IMG/VR virus record: IMGVR_UViG_3300007542_000129
Span: 1 to 28,456 of that record
Reading direction: 5' to 3' (one strand)
DNA from: a virus
Lineage: Duplodnaviria > Caudoviricetes
Length of the DNA: 28,456 nt
How positions within the stretch are numbered: position 1 is the first letter of the stretch; every line of letters begins with the position of its first letter. Both the position numbers and the translations under genes were made by a program. Positions 1 through 10,800 of the stretch are shown in pieces. The notes below the pieces were generated by a model. It had not been told where the DNA came from. It was given only the letters and a program-made list of their open reading frames with translations, and did no database searches.

Positions 1-117
1 AAATTTTACTTTTTCTTAGGACATGAGACCGGTGAATTGATCACGTTGTGGACAAGTAGCGATGGTTTAGAATGGGCCTATCAAGGCCTTACAGATTTGA
101 GGTTCGCGTATGATTAA
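1..117 (+). CDS. 3' end of an upstream gene (partial), putative tail protein with Asp-box-like motif
   Basis: Frame 1 is open from base 1 to TAA at 115-117: KFYFFLGHETGELITLWTSSDGLEWAYQGLTDLRFAYD. Contains SxDGxxW and overlaps the next ATG (ATGATTAA). Confidence 0.65.
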   Translation, partial: KFYFFLGHETGELITLWTSSDGLEWAYQGLTDLRFAYD

Positions 118-3100
118 TGCGATCTACGTAGATGGGTTATTCGTCCATTCATGTAATTGGGGGTATGTTGAAGCCGGTCCCACAGGGACAGCTAAAGCGC
201 AATGTGCGGTAAGTAAAGACGGACTTCATTGGATTTACCTTTATGATCCGACTAAAGATGTTGGGAGCATAATTAACTATAAAGTAGGTTTACGCGACCC
301 CGTTGTTATCAAGATAGCTCCTAGCTTGTGGGCCTTTTTTTCCCATAATGAGAGTCCCGACGCTAGCGAAGCAGTGTTTTTGTACGACGGTAATGATGAA
401 GGTATTTTACAGCGCGTAAACTTGTTACCCCTCATTAATCAGGCGCTAACGGATAAATGGGGGTATGGCCCCGATTTCCTTACCGACGAGGGATGGTTTA
501 GTTTCTTTATACTATCCCATTCGTTTAATGATGGCCGATTGTGTATGCATGCATGGGTCTCAGATGATACTTATGATTTTTTTCTGGCGTGCGAAACGTC
601 AGATTTGTTTACTTCTTTTGACGTAAATAACTTTTATATAACGGATTTAAACGGGAACGCAACTCCTCCGGGGGGGCTTGACCCTAATCATATTGACAAC
701 TTCTACCCATGCTGTGTCGAGAGTGGGTCAGATGACTTCAACTCAGCTTTTGCATCATTAAAATTAGGACGTGGGTTTACGTATTTTTACCCGCTATATA
801 ACCCTGATTTTACGCCTAATGTTTATCATGCGATTATTAAAACGCCGCATATAAACCCGCCGATCTTTTTTGATGCTATTAACGATAACGTCCTTGGCAT
901 TGTCGATACCTCCGACATCTACTCAGTACGGAAGTTAAACGTCGAAACTGAATATGGTAACGGAGATCCGCTTTTTCGTTATTGGGCTGCTGAGTTTTTC
1001 TTTATAGGGTCTACAAAGACGTTTGGGGAAGATGTTATTCGCTCTTATGGGACATCCGGATATATCTACAAACCTGAGTTAAACAGAGTAGTTATACCCG
1101 GTAGTCCCGGGAAGCTTACGTCCTCTTATCATTGTGTCGATAAAACAGTGTACGTCAGGGATTATGTCCCCGGCGATCGTACGTACTTACCAGTTGAACG
1201 CGTAACGCAGACAGACCCCCTTACAGGGGAGACGAATACTTTTTATATCCCAGTAATGCCTCCGAACGTATCCGGCGTACGCTACGACAATACGGGTTAT
1301 TACACGCAAGGAAGTGCAACGGAAGTTACACGCAGGATTACGTATCGAGACTGTACTTTCTCTTCCACTTATGTCCCCCCTGTGAGAACAGTCTACGCGC
1401 CGATTACTACGAATACTTATGACGCCGGAGCGATAACTAATGAAGGTATAGGGGCAGTCGGCGCTATTCAGTTTGAGATGCCAATAAACCCTAAAGGTGT
1501 TGCTGTCGGACTGAGTGTAATCGACCGTAACCAGAGACCTGAGACGCTGTTATTCGGGTTTGAGTTTATCGTTAACCGATACAAGATATGGGAAGCGGGG
1601 GTTGTTAAGTCGCAGGGGTTCTACACCCCCGGTAAACAGGCCGCAATTGCCCGTTCGGGCAACGACATCTTCTATGTGATGGAAGACTTGTTTGGGGTTC
1701 CAACGGTTATATACCAGACGACGACATCGGTTACGCAGACGATGTTTTTAGACGTATGTTTTTATGGCGTTAATGACCGGCTTAGATGCCCCTCAGTATA
1801 TGACAGCGGGTTAGCCCCTACATCAACCGAATCCAGTGCGACTATCGCTGACGGCGGGTTCTTTTCTGCAATTGCAGTAGTACCTATTTACGAGGAGCTT
1901 GTTTCAGCAAATGCTCAGAGTACGTTTAACGTTGTCTCTCAGTTAGAGCATCACGTCGAGTTAAACGCTAACTCATCACTTAGAGTTGGTACACAACATA
2001 ACACGGGGTCAGATCTCAGTGTTACTTACGTAGTCGGTGCACGGGTTCTTGGTGCAGCGTCAATGTCTACTCAGGCATCTTTACGCGCCGCAGAAAGCGC
2101 TACTTTTGTTACTACGCTACCGGCGCTCGAAGGTTATAGCTATAACCACGCCTTTGGTCATGCAGATACCCTATTACTTGCCCTCACTGGAGACAGTAGA
2201 GCCGGGTTTTCTAATCCTGCTTTAGTGGGTTCCGAGGTATGGATGTCTCCGCTCTTAGGTGTCTCTACAATGCTTACTGGCGGTATAGACATTGACTCTT
2301 ATACCTCTAAATTACCAGCTTTAGACTCGCTCAGTTCTAACTTTGTGTATAGCGAGGGCGTATCTTCTCTCCCCGCATTAACTGTATTCTCAGGGGCTGC
2401 GTACCCGTTTGACGGTATTGTGGATGCTGAGCATCCTGCGTTTGAAGTTACTGCCTTCGTTTTAGAACAGCCTACTAACGGGTTAAATACGCATATCAGC
2501 TTTGAGTTTGATGGTCAGTTTGGGGGTAGTGCAGATATTGAGTTCCAGATGGACCTCACAGCTTCTGCTACGGTCCCCGGCATCGCCCGTGTAGATGCGT
2601 CGTTTGGGTTTGAAACGATAGCTTCTGTAGCATCTGGCGGGATCGCTACTGCTGAATTGACGATGCACGTAACGCCACGCCTAACAGCTTATTCCGGGAA
2701 TGGTGCGGCGCTTGAGTTCGCATTTAGCGTGGCATCCGAAGTTATTACTGGCGGAATCGCAGAGGTAATTGTTGATTTCGGATTCAGTATGGACGCCGAG
2801 GTCACTGCCGAGAACTATGGTCGGGCCGCAATCGTCGTTCCTGAGTTTGTTCCTCTGTCGGGCATTATGTATGCGGTCGCACCGCAGTTTACGATGCGTA
2901 TCGAGGGCGGCGAAGTTGTTGTCCGCCCAACCACCACCTATGTGACGCATTTGAGCGCCGACGCGGAAATGACCGAATATACAGGGTACGAATTCGATTG
3001 TATTGTATACTTTATGGACAAGTATTACGGCGTGAGGTCGGACGGGATGTATTTATTGGAGGGAACTTCTGACAACGGTACGAATATCGATGTTAATCTG

Positions 3101-3367
3101 TTAACGCAACATTTTGATTTCGACCGTTCAAATAAGAAGCGTCTACCTTATTTATATGCGGGAAGTGAAACCGATTTTACTGTTTCCCCGATCGTAGATG
3201 ATGCTAGTTTTGGGTCCTATACTTCTACAAAAGGAAACGAGCGGGTTTATTTGCCGCAAGGGGCAACCGGTAGATATTGGCAATTCGGTTTTCAGAATAT
3301 AGACGGTAATAAACTCGCCCTCGATAATGTGGAGGTTATTATTAATGAGTTGCGTAGGAAGGTCTAA
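110..3367 (+). CDS. Large multidomain virion tail protein
   Basis: 1085 aa, GAGG 7 nt upstream of ATG. N-terminal Asp-box-like SKDGLHW, beta-sandwich-like middle, LPAL-type repeats, and a C-terminal domain (EYTGYEF..YYG..DGMYLLEG..DF..KRLPYLY..GRYWQF) resembling podovirus tail/stabilisation proteins. Confidence 0.7.
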   Translation: MINAIYVDGLFVHSCNWGYVEAGPTGTAKAQCAVSKDGLHWIYLYDPTKDVGSIINYKVGLRDPVVIKIAPSLWAFFSHNESPDASEAVFLYDGNDEGILQRVNLLPLINQALTDKWGYGPDFLTDEGWFSFFILSHSFNDGRLCMHAWVSDDTYDFFLACETSDLFTSFDVNNFYITDLNGNATPPGGLDPNHIDNFYPCCVESGSDDFNSAFASLKLGRGFTYFYPLYNPDFTPNVYHAIIKTPHINPPIFFDAINDNVLGIVDTSDIYSVRKLNVETEYGNGDPLFRYWAAEFFFIGSTKTFGEDVIRSYGTSGYIYKPELNRVVIPGSPGKLTSSYHCVDKTVYVRDYVPGDRTYLPVERVTQTDPLTGETNTFYIPVMPPNVSGVRYDNTGYYTQGSATEVTRRITYRDCTFSSTYVPPVRTVYAPITTNTYDAGAITNEGIGAVGAIQFEMPINPKGVAVGLSVIDRNQRPETLLFGFEFIVNRYKIWEAGVVKSQGFYTPGKQAAIARSGNDIFYVMEDLFGVPTVIYQTTTSVTQTMFLDVCFYGVNDRLRCPSVYDSGLAPTSTESSATIADGGFFSAIAVVPIYEELVSANAQSTFNVVSQLEHHVELNANSSLRVGTQHNTGSDLSVTYVVGARVLGAASMSTQASLRAAESATFVTTLPALEGYSYNHAFGHADTLLLALTGDSRAGFSNPALVGSEVWMSPLLGVSTMLTGGIDIDSYTSKLPALDSLSSNFVYSEGVSSLPALTVFSGAAYPFDGIVDAEHPAFEVTAFVLEQPTNGLNTHISFEFDGQFGGSADIEFQMDLTASATVPGIARVDASFGFETIASVASGGIATAELTMHVTPRLTAYSGNGAALEFAFSVASEVITGGIAEVIVDFGFSMDAEVTAENYGRAAIVVPEFVPLSGIMYAVAPQFTMRIEGGEVVVRPTTTYVTHLSADAEMTEYTGYEFDCIVYFMDKYYGVRSDGMYLLEGTSDNGTNIDVNLLTQHFDFDRSNKKRLPYLYAGSETDFTVSPIVDDASFGSYTSTKGNERVYLPQGATGRYWQFGFQNIDGNKLALDNVEVIINELRRKV

Positions 3368-3369
3368 AA

Positions 3370-5262
3370 ATGGCGATTAGTATAGAAGATATAATTCAGA
3401 CCAGTAGAGATTATGCTGACAGCACGTACAATTTAGCGATTGACCTCTTAGATGACGCAGCCAAGGCTGCGGACGATAAGGTCGTTTATGGAATAGGATC
3501 GCTTGATTTTTCTCCGACAGTTAAAGGCACGATTGCGGCGGACCCAATCGGAGATTTTAGTGACCGGTATAACGCGCCAACTAACGATACTGAAGTTCCT
3601 GATTTCGAGCCTCTTTTTGTACCCACGATCCCTTCAGATTGGGGTACACCACCAGACTCATTAGATACGAGCGATCTATTTAAACAACCTGTACCTGTAT
3701 ATGACATTTTACCGTTTTCGGGTACTGCGCCTGAGATCGACCCTAATTTTACTATTCCGCCTACTCCGTCTATAGGTGATCCTCAGAAACCTGAACTCAC
3801 GCAAATTACGGTAGATGATGCACCAACTGTCACTATCCCGACATTTGATGAAGACTTTTTACTGAGCGATCCAGACCAGATAGAAGATTTGGCTGCGAGA
3901 TATAAAGCAGAATACGGTACAGTTCTACCGGAAATGCGTGATTTTATCGACTCAATGGTCGATGAGTGGGTAGATCGGTTTTCGCCAGAATATCGAAACG
4001 GGTTAGCGCAGTTAGAAGAGAAACTTGCCTCAGGTATGCCCGGCGGACAAGCGCTCTCTGATGAGGTAGAACAGTCAATTTATGACAAAGCCCGTGCCAG
4101 AGTACAGGCTGAACGTATCAATTCAGAAGCACAACTTCTAAATAGCATGGCAAAACGCGGTTTTGACCTACCTCCCGGTGCGGTCGCGGGGGGGTTGCAG
4201 CAGATAGCGGCTGATTCTGCCCGCAATAATGCAATGTCAGCCACCGAAACGGCCATTGAACGGGCTAAAATGGAGATCCAGCATGTCCAGTTTGTGATGC
4301 AGCAGGCCAATTATCTACGTCAGTTCATGCAGAATCTGGCGATGCAGCGTGCTCAGCAGATTGGGCAAGTAAATCAGCAAGCCATGAATTACGCTAACGA
4401 AATTGCTCAGCTTATTCTTGGGGTATATGAAGCGGAATTGAAGCGGTATTCAGCCGCAATGGAGATTTATAAAACTCACGCCAGTGTGTACGAAATCAGA
4501 ATCAAGTCCTCCCTTGCAGAATTAGAGGCTTATAAGATTGAAGTTGAGGGGAAAAAGCTACAGGGCGATTTGCAGAAGTTGCAAGTCGATATGTACGCCA
4601 CGGAGATTAACGCGGAAAAAGCAAAAATTGAGCTATTTTTGGCAGAGTTGCAGGGTGTGACTACGCAAGCACAGCTAGAAAAGGTAAAAGCAGAGATTTT
4701 TGGTGAGCAAATAAACGCTTATTTAGGCGAAGTTAAAGCTAAAACGGCAGAATTTGACGCCTATAAGTCGGCAATTTCTGGAGATTCCGCTAAAATTGAC
4801 GCTTATATTTCGCAGGTTAATGCTTATCGTACAGAAGTCGATGCAGCTAAGGCTCGTTTAAGTGGCGATGTTGCTTATGCCGAGTCTATTTCTGCTCATA
4901 ACCGTAACCTGACGGAGCAGTTTAAAGCCGAACTTTTGGGGTATACTTCTGAAATCGATGCGGAAAAGACACGGTTTGCTGCTTCCGCTGAAGCGTATAA
5001 AACCGGGCTTGAGGCGTATAAAACGGAGCTGTCTGCTGAACTCGATGTGCTTCGGTCGAAACTGGCTGAAGATGAACTTAATTTGAAAGCGTTAATGGCT
5101 AAGAAAGACGTAATGGTTAAGGATATAACACTGAAATCCGAAATGTTCCAAGAGAGGGTAAGACTGATGGCCACGACAGCAACTGAAAGTTCCAGTATTG
5201 CGAGTAATATCGCCTCTGCGGCATTAAATTCGAACAACTCTATGGTACAGGCGGTATTGTAA
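3370..5262 (+). CDS. Putative virion structural/ejection protein (Pro-rich linker plus long coiled coil)
   Basis: 630 aa. Pro/Asp-rich N-terminal part, RGFDLPPG motif, then about 350 aa of heptad-like A/E/K/Y helix. Lies between tail and internal virion genes. Confidence 0.65.
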   Translation: MAISIEDIIQTSRDYADSTYNLAIDLLDDAAKAADDKVVYGIGSLDFSPTVKGTIAADPIGDFSDRYNAPTNDTEVPDFEPLFVPTIPSDWGTPPDSLDTSDLFKQPVPVYDILPFSGTAPEIDPNFTIPPTPSIGDPQKPELTQITVDDAPTVTIPTFDEDFLLSDPDQIEDLAARYKAEYGTVLPEMRDFIDSMVDEWVDRFSPEYRNGLAQLEEKLASGMPGGQALSDEVEQSIYDKARARVQAERINSEAQLLNSMAKRGFDLPPGAVAGGLQQIAADSARNNAMSATETAIERAKMEIQHVQFVMQQANYLRQFMQNLAMQRAQQIGQVNQQAMNYANEIAQLILGVYEAELKRYSAAMEIYKTHASVYEIRIKSSLAELEAYKIEVEGKKLQGDLQKLQVDMYATEINAEKAKIELFLAELQGVTTQAQLEKVKAEIFGEQINAYLGEVKAKTAEFDAYKSAISGDSAKIDAYISQVNAYRTEVDAAKARLSGDVAYAESISAHNRNLTEQFKAELLGYTSEIDAEKTRFAASAEAYKTGLEAYKTELSAELDVLRSKLAEDELNLKALMAKKDVMVKDITLKSEMFQERVRLMATTATESSSIASNIASAALNSNNSMVQAVL

Positions 5263-5264
5263 TT

Positions 5265-5891
5265 ATGGAATATAACTCTTCAAATTGGCCCCCAAAATCT
5301 GGGTCATCTCCCTCCGGTACAATGAGTGTTGTTGGGGATAATTCATCTAGCCCTATGAAGCTCGGCCCTGAAACAGTCCGAGGCCGAAGAATGGACGGGT
5401 CATTTGCTCCTCCTGCTGGCCCTACTGGGTTTACTAGAACAGAAGGCGGATACGCACTGGGAAATAATAATGTTGGCGACAACTTTGCGGCAATGCAGGG
5501 TTTACGCGCTCAATCTAATATGCAGACCCAAGCTAATTATGCTGCGGTGCGGAAGTTGACGCCTGAGCAGGTCGTCCAGAAAAATTTTATGGACGCCTCC
5601 CGCATGGCAGGCAATTTGAGTAATTTGGGTCAAATGGCAGTGGGCCGTCAAGCCCTGCGTAACGGTATTGGCGGCGCGTATGAATCTACGATGAAAGGTC
5701 AGACTTCTAATCAACAGAGCTTACGACAGCGCCAAGCGTTGATTGACCAGAATACAGCAAATCGTCGCGCAGGTGTAAACGCATCTGATATTCCAGAAAT
5801 TACTTCCAGCGACATCCAAGTTGATACATCTCAAATGGATATGATCAACGATTGGATGAAACAATATGGAAACACATTTGGTACGAAATAA
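5265..5891 (+). CDS. Putative small internal virion (ejection) protein
   Basis: 208 aa rich in G/N/Q/M/S, low complexity, coupled to both neighbours. Function inferred from synteny. Confidence 0.55.
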   Translation: MEYNSSNWPPKSGSSPSGTMSVVGDNSSSPMKLGPETVRGRRMDGSFAPPAGPTGFTRTEGGYALGNNNVGDNFAAMQGLRAQSNMQTQANYAAVRKLTPEQVVQKNFMDASRMAGNLSNLGQMAVGRQALRNGIGGAYESTMKGQTSNQQSLRQRQALIDQNTANRRAGVNASDIPEITSSDIQVDTSQMDMINDWMKQYGNTFGTK

Positions 5892-7831
5892 TGGCACTTA
5901 CTCCTGATGATGTACAAAGAACGTTTAATGAATGGCAGGACGCAAAAAATCCGCCTGATCCTAACAAGCCAAATGATCTCCGCTCTCGTGTAAAACCTAC
6001 GTACGATAAGGCTAGATTTGCCGCTGAACAGAAAGCCAGAGAGGCCGCAGCGAAAGCCAAACCCGTCGTAGAGAAAGCATGGCAAGCTTCTCGCCCGTAT
6101 GTAAAGGGCGTACAGGGTGCAGTAACTGAGGTTACAAAGAACACATTAAGGGGCGCACTCGCTCTACCCGGCGCAGCGGCTAATGCTGCTGGTGGTGTAG
6201 CGTTGGGGTATACAGCATTTAAAGAGCCTACTAAAGAAGCTTACCCTGTGGCTACAGCCGATACTGCCGCTCGTGAAGAGCTTGTTCGCCAAAAAGGATT
6301 GACCCCACAGTCTCAGGTCAAAGGTAATTACTTTGATCAGGCAGCGGATATTATTGGTTTTGGTGGATTGAAAAATAGAGTCGCGGATACGGCTAATACG
6401 TTCCTTACTGCAACGGGCCAACAATTTGTACCGGGAATGACCAAAGTAGCGGAAGGGCTTAAATCCAGAGAAGGCAACTGGCTCGGTTATGGCGTTCAGG
6501 ATATGGTTGGCAATACTGACCGTGATCTTGGTGATCCATCTACATGGACTCAGAGTTACGGTATTCCAAAACATATTGCTGAAAGGGGTGATGTAGCGGC
6601 GGCTAAGCGGTATATATTTAACCGTAAAGTTGCTCAAGGCGTAGATCAGGCAGGTAATTTCATCGGCGCGATTGGTCGTGGTATCTTCGGCGATCAAACG
6701 GTAGATCAGATGAAACAGAACTGGAGCAACTATACTGATCCGAATATGACGTTGCCGACACAGGATGCGTATGACCAGAATACTGGGCTATTTACAGATG
6801 AGTTCGGTAACTCCTATAGAGCTATGGGTGATGGTACTAATCAATTTGTAAACACGAAGCCGATGACAGCCACGGCTGCTCCCGGAAAACCGGGGTATTA
6901 TGGCCAGTATTCCCCAGTGCAGGGTATGGAAAACCCTATGGGTGTTAGCGGATTGTCTCAGAACCCGAGGTTTTCTAAAGACCCAATTACTGGAACGATT
7001 ACCGTAAATGACGACTATGGCCTCGGTAAACGGGGTATGACGGTTGATGAAAACGCCGCCGGTATCCGTGGTGCTTATAAGATACAGGGTCCAAATGGTA
7101 CTGAGTATACTGATGCACCGGGCACTGCGCTTCAGCGTGGCTTGGGTATTAAGATGACCGCTGATGATGTGGCTAAGCTGGATGCTCAGGGTCAGTCTGA
7201 AATGAGCGCTGGTATGAAAGCTCGTGCACTGGCCCGTATGACCCCATCTGAGGCTCAGCAGTATCAGAAGAACCTCGTCGAAGCTCAACTGGATCAGATT
7301 AATCTGGCTAAACAGCTTATGGATCTCGAAGAAGCTCGCTCTGGTAAGGTATTCGGTCAATTTGATAAGGCATTTAGTATGTTGAAATCCGTAGGCGGCG
7401 AGCGTATAGCCCAGAAGTACGCCCCTATTTTGGCTAAGATGAAAGAGCCTGACCCGATGTACATCACAGCAGCGACTACCGCTGACGGCATGTCTAAAGC
7501 ACTTGATGCGTTTAAGGCATCCCCAACTGTGTGGGAATACATGGGTGAGGTCTTCACTAACGATCCAACTGGTAAATTTGGGCAATTTGTCTCGCCCGAA
7601 GCAGAAGCTAGCGCTATTCTGGACATCTTTAATGCCTTTACTCAGGATAAAGACGGTAAGATTAAAGGAAAGCTTTCCGTTGGTGGCCGTACGCTAACTA
7701 TGAGCGATATTGAAGGTGATGATGCCTCGCGCGAAGCACTTTCTGCTATTATTCAGGGAATGAATATTCCATCGGTTCGTAATCTTCTTATGGCGATGGC
7801 AGGTAAAAATGAATCATTGAAGGAAAAATAA
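5891..7831 (+). CDS. Putative internal virion (ejection) protein
   Basis: Start moved from 5852 to the in-frame ATG at 5891, which overlaps the upstream TAA (TAATG). 646 aa rich in A/G/Q, directly before the giant protein. Confidence 0.6.
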   Translation: MALTPDDVQRTFNEWQDAKNPPDPNKPNDLRSRVKPTYDKARFAAEQKAREAAAKAKPVVEKAWQASRPYVKGVQGAVTEVTKNTLRGALALPGAAANAAGGVALGYTAFKEPTKEAYPVATADTAAREELVRQKGLTPQSQVKGNYFDQAADIIGFGGLKNRVADTANTFLTATGQQFVPGMTKVAEGLKSREGNWLGYGVQDMVGNTDRDLGDPSTWTQSYGIPKHIAERGDVAAAKRYIFNRKVAQGVDQAGNFIGAIGRGIFGDQTVDQMKQNWSNYTDPNMTLPTQDAYDQNTGLFTDEFGNSYRAMGDGTNQFVNTKPMTATAAPGKPGYYGQYSPVQGMENPMGVSGLSQNPRFSKDPITGTITVNDDYGLGKRGMTVDENAAGIRGAYKIQGPNGTEYTDAPGTALQRGLGIKMTADDVAKLDAQGQSEMSAGMKARALARMTPSEAQQYQKNLVEAQLDQINLAKQLMDLEEARSGKVFGQFDKAFSMLKSVGGERIAQKYAPILAKMKEPDPMYITAATTADGMSKALDAFKASPTVWEYMGEVFTNDPTGKFGQFVSPEAEASAILDIFNAFTQDKDGKIKGKLSVGGRTLTMSDIEGDDASREALSAIIQGMNIPSVRNLLMAMAGKNESLKEK

Positions 7832-10800
7832 ATGGCCGGATTACGTGATCTGCTAAACCCTCAGATAGCAGATATAAAGGACGAGGCTCAGAGCGTACAG
7901 TCTCAATACACGCCAGTTCCAGAATTCCGGCCAGCCGCGCCTCTCCCTATGCGAGAGGCCCCTCCAATGAACCTGCGAGATGGGGGTTATACCCCCATTG
8001 CTCAGGAATACGATCCTCAGCAACCTACCGGCTTTGCCGCAGGCGTTACTGCCGGTGGTGAGGACATTGCGGGTACAGCTAACGTACTTCTCGGTAACGC
8101 CCAACTTAATATGGGTTTTACTGATTCAGCTATCGAGTCGATGAACCGTGCATCTGAATATTTCCAACGTTCGCGCGGTCGCCTACGTGGTCAGAGTATC
8201 TCTGACATGAATAGTATCGGCGATTTCTCCAACGCATTGGCTGAACAAGCCGGTCGTATGCTCCCTACTCTCGTCTCAGCCATTAGTGGCGGCGGTGCTT
8301 TTGGCGCGGCTGCACAGAACCTGCTCGGCTCAATGGCCAAGAAGGGTATGGTTAAGAAAGGGTTACAAGGTCTAGGTGCTATTGAAGGATCAATGCTAGG
8401 TGAAGGCAGCGAATACTTTGCTAACCTGACGCTTAAAGGGTCACCTGAACGTAACGCTTGGGAACAGCAGATGGGTATGAGCGTCGATGGTGATGTCGCC
8501 ACGAACGCAGAAGGGATTGCCATGACATTGAGCGAGCAGCTCGGTGCTAACATGGTAGCGGCCCATGCCTCTGGTGCACTTAACTTTATGCCTTTAGCGG
8601 GTGCTATCCGCAAGCTACCTACTAAAAACGGCCAACAGCTCTTTAATGACATCTTGCGTAGGGCAACTAACACCGCAGTCGGCGAGTCTGTGACAGAAGT
8701 AGCTCAGACCGCTATTGAACAGTCAGTAGCTCATTATATCAATACTAATCGTGATTTGATCTCCGACCAAAACGAAGAAGAGTTGCTTACCGCAGCAGCC
8801 CTCGCCTTCCCACTTGGTTTCATTGGTGGCGGTATCGGCGGCGGTGTTCGTGGTATGCAGGACATCGTTTCTCGTGAGCAGCAACAACTTATTGATGCGC
8901 AGAACGCTTTTGCTAAAGCGGGTAAAGGTCCCGGTATTCTCGATGATGGTTACGGCGGTAAAGAATTCACGTCCGAAAGTGACTATATGGATGAAGCCGG
9001 TTACATGTATACCGGTGAAGACGTGCCACAGTCAGCAATGGAAGATTTGGGGTATGTGATCGACCCTGAGACTGGTGACATTAGCTATGCAGATTCGGTT
9101 GAATATACTAACCCAATCGAGCTGAACACTGAAGGGTATCAGTTTGGCTCTTTAGAAGAGAAACAAGCTTACGAGCAGGATCTAGCGAACCGTAAATTCC
9201 GTACTGAACGGGCAATGCAGAACCTCAATATCGATCCGGCTGTATTCGGTGAAGGCGGCCCTCTTCAGGGTGTAACTGTAGGCGGTTATCCGAAAACGCT
9301 TAATAAAGAGGCTCCACTAAAACAAAACGCCATCACCGCATTAGATGCGCTGAAAAATGCTAAAGCAACCGTAGAAGAGATCAAAACTTGGGGCGAGACC
9401 CTGTATCAGAAGATGTTTGACGATACTTATGAGGGCCGTACTCAAGCTAATCGTCGTCAGCTCGAAGTTAATACACAGCAACTCGAACCTGAAATCTCTC
9501 GTATTCGTGAGATTTTCAGAGAAGCAGATCTTGGACAGGACTCAGCGTCGTTAATTCGCACACGTCAGTTACAGTCTCAGATAGCCAAGCTGAAAGAAAA
9601 AACCTTTAAAGACCCGAATAGCCACTGGGCAAAGAAGAACAGTGAGAAGATTGCTGAACTTGAAAAACAGCTAGGTAAAGAAAAGAAAGGTAACCAGATC
9701 AGTGTTAATAAAGCTCTTACGCTTTTAAACATTGAAATTGATAAGAACCTTGCTGTTGCTGAACAGCTATTAAATAACGGAACGATTACGCGCAGACAGG
9801 CAGAGGCTTCAGTTGGCGGTTTATCTGCGGACGAATTGTCCAACATTCGTGCGGCTTTCGGTGCTCAACCAGACGTTGAAACTGTAGAACTAACTGATCA
9901 GCAGAAGCAAAACCTCGTTAGAGCGATAAAGAAAGAGCGTGAACGTAAGTCTGCTTCCAAAGAAGACAAACTGACGTATGTAAAGGCGATGGTCAACAAT
10001 GACATGGCTACGATTAACAACCTTGCTAAGAACAAGAGTAAGGCGCTTCCTTTCACCAGTGATGCTGGGCGTCTGCTCTCCTCTCGTGGCGAGCTAATCC
10101 GTCGCGGACAAGCTAACGCGGCCAAGGCTAAAGAAGCTACCGGCTTACCTTCTTATGAACAGTTAGGTGGCGCTGAAGGTGTGCTTAGCTTGTTCCCGGT
10201 CGAGGCCAACTTTACCGAAGAAGCAATGGGGATAACTCCGGATACGGTTAAGCTAGATTCCGATGAGGTTTATGGAGTTCGTAAAACCGCAGGCGGTAAA
10301 CACCAGACAATGGTTGTAGGCGCAGATGAGAAGAACATCGACGAGCGTTACTACGTGCCAGCCCGTGTTCGTCAGGAAGATGGATCATTTAAACCTGCTA
10401 AAGTGAACCTTCTTACTGTTGGTCAGCTATCAGATACCAAGTTCCAAGCACAGCAAATGCAAGGGGCTACTTCCCAGAACCGTATGAAAACTGTTCTGGA
10501 CGGTATGCGCGCGGGTGTTGCGGCATTAGCAACTGATTATGGTATCCAAGTAAATCTGGAGACCGTTCTGAGAGATTTCCCAGATACTATTGTCCACAAA
10601 TCTGGTGGTCGTGATGTTACGATAAAGCAGCTCGCTGCTGTGGAAACCGCAGGAACCCCTACTCACAAGGGGACAAGCATTGGTCAGGGTAGCCGCTCTA
10701 ATGAATTCCTCGCTGGTGACCGCGAAGTATTGCAGGGCGAAGGTATTGAGCATGTAAACCGTAATGATGATGAAAAGAATACTCCGCTGTATAGAGACCG

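Noticed and set aside
5852-5890. Upstream start for the 659-aa ORF (and likewise 27765 for the nuclease)
   Set aside because: Downstream ATGs at 5891 and 27720 give typical coupling or short overlaps and more plausible N-termini.
6164-7585. Long antisense ORFs (177 and 265 aa)
   Set aside because: They lie wholly opposite a well-supported gene, have no recognisable motifs, and are expected shadows of codon bias.
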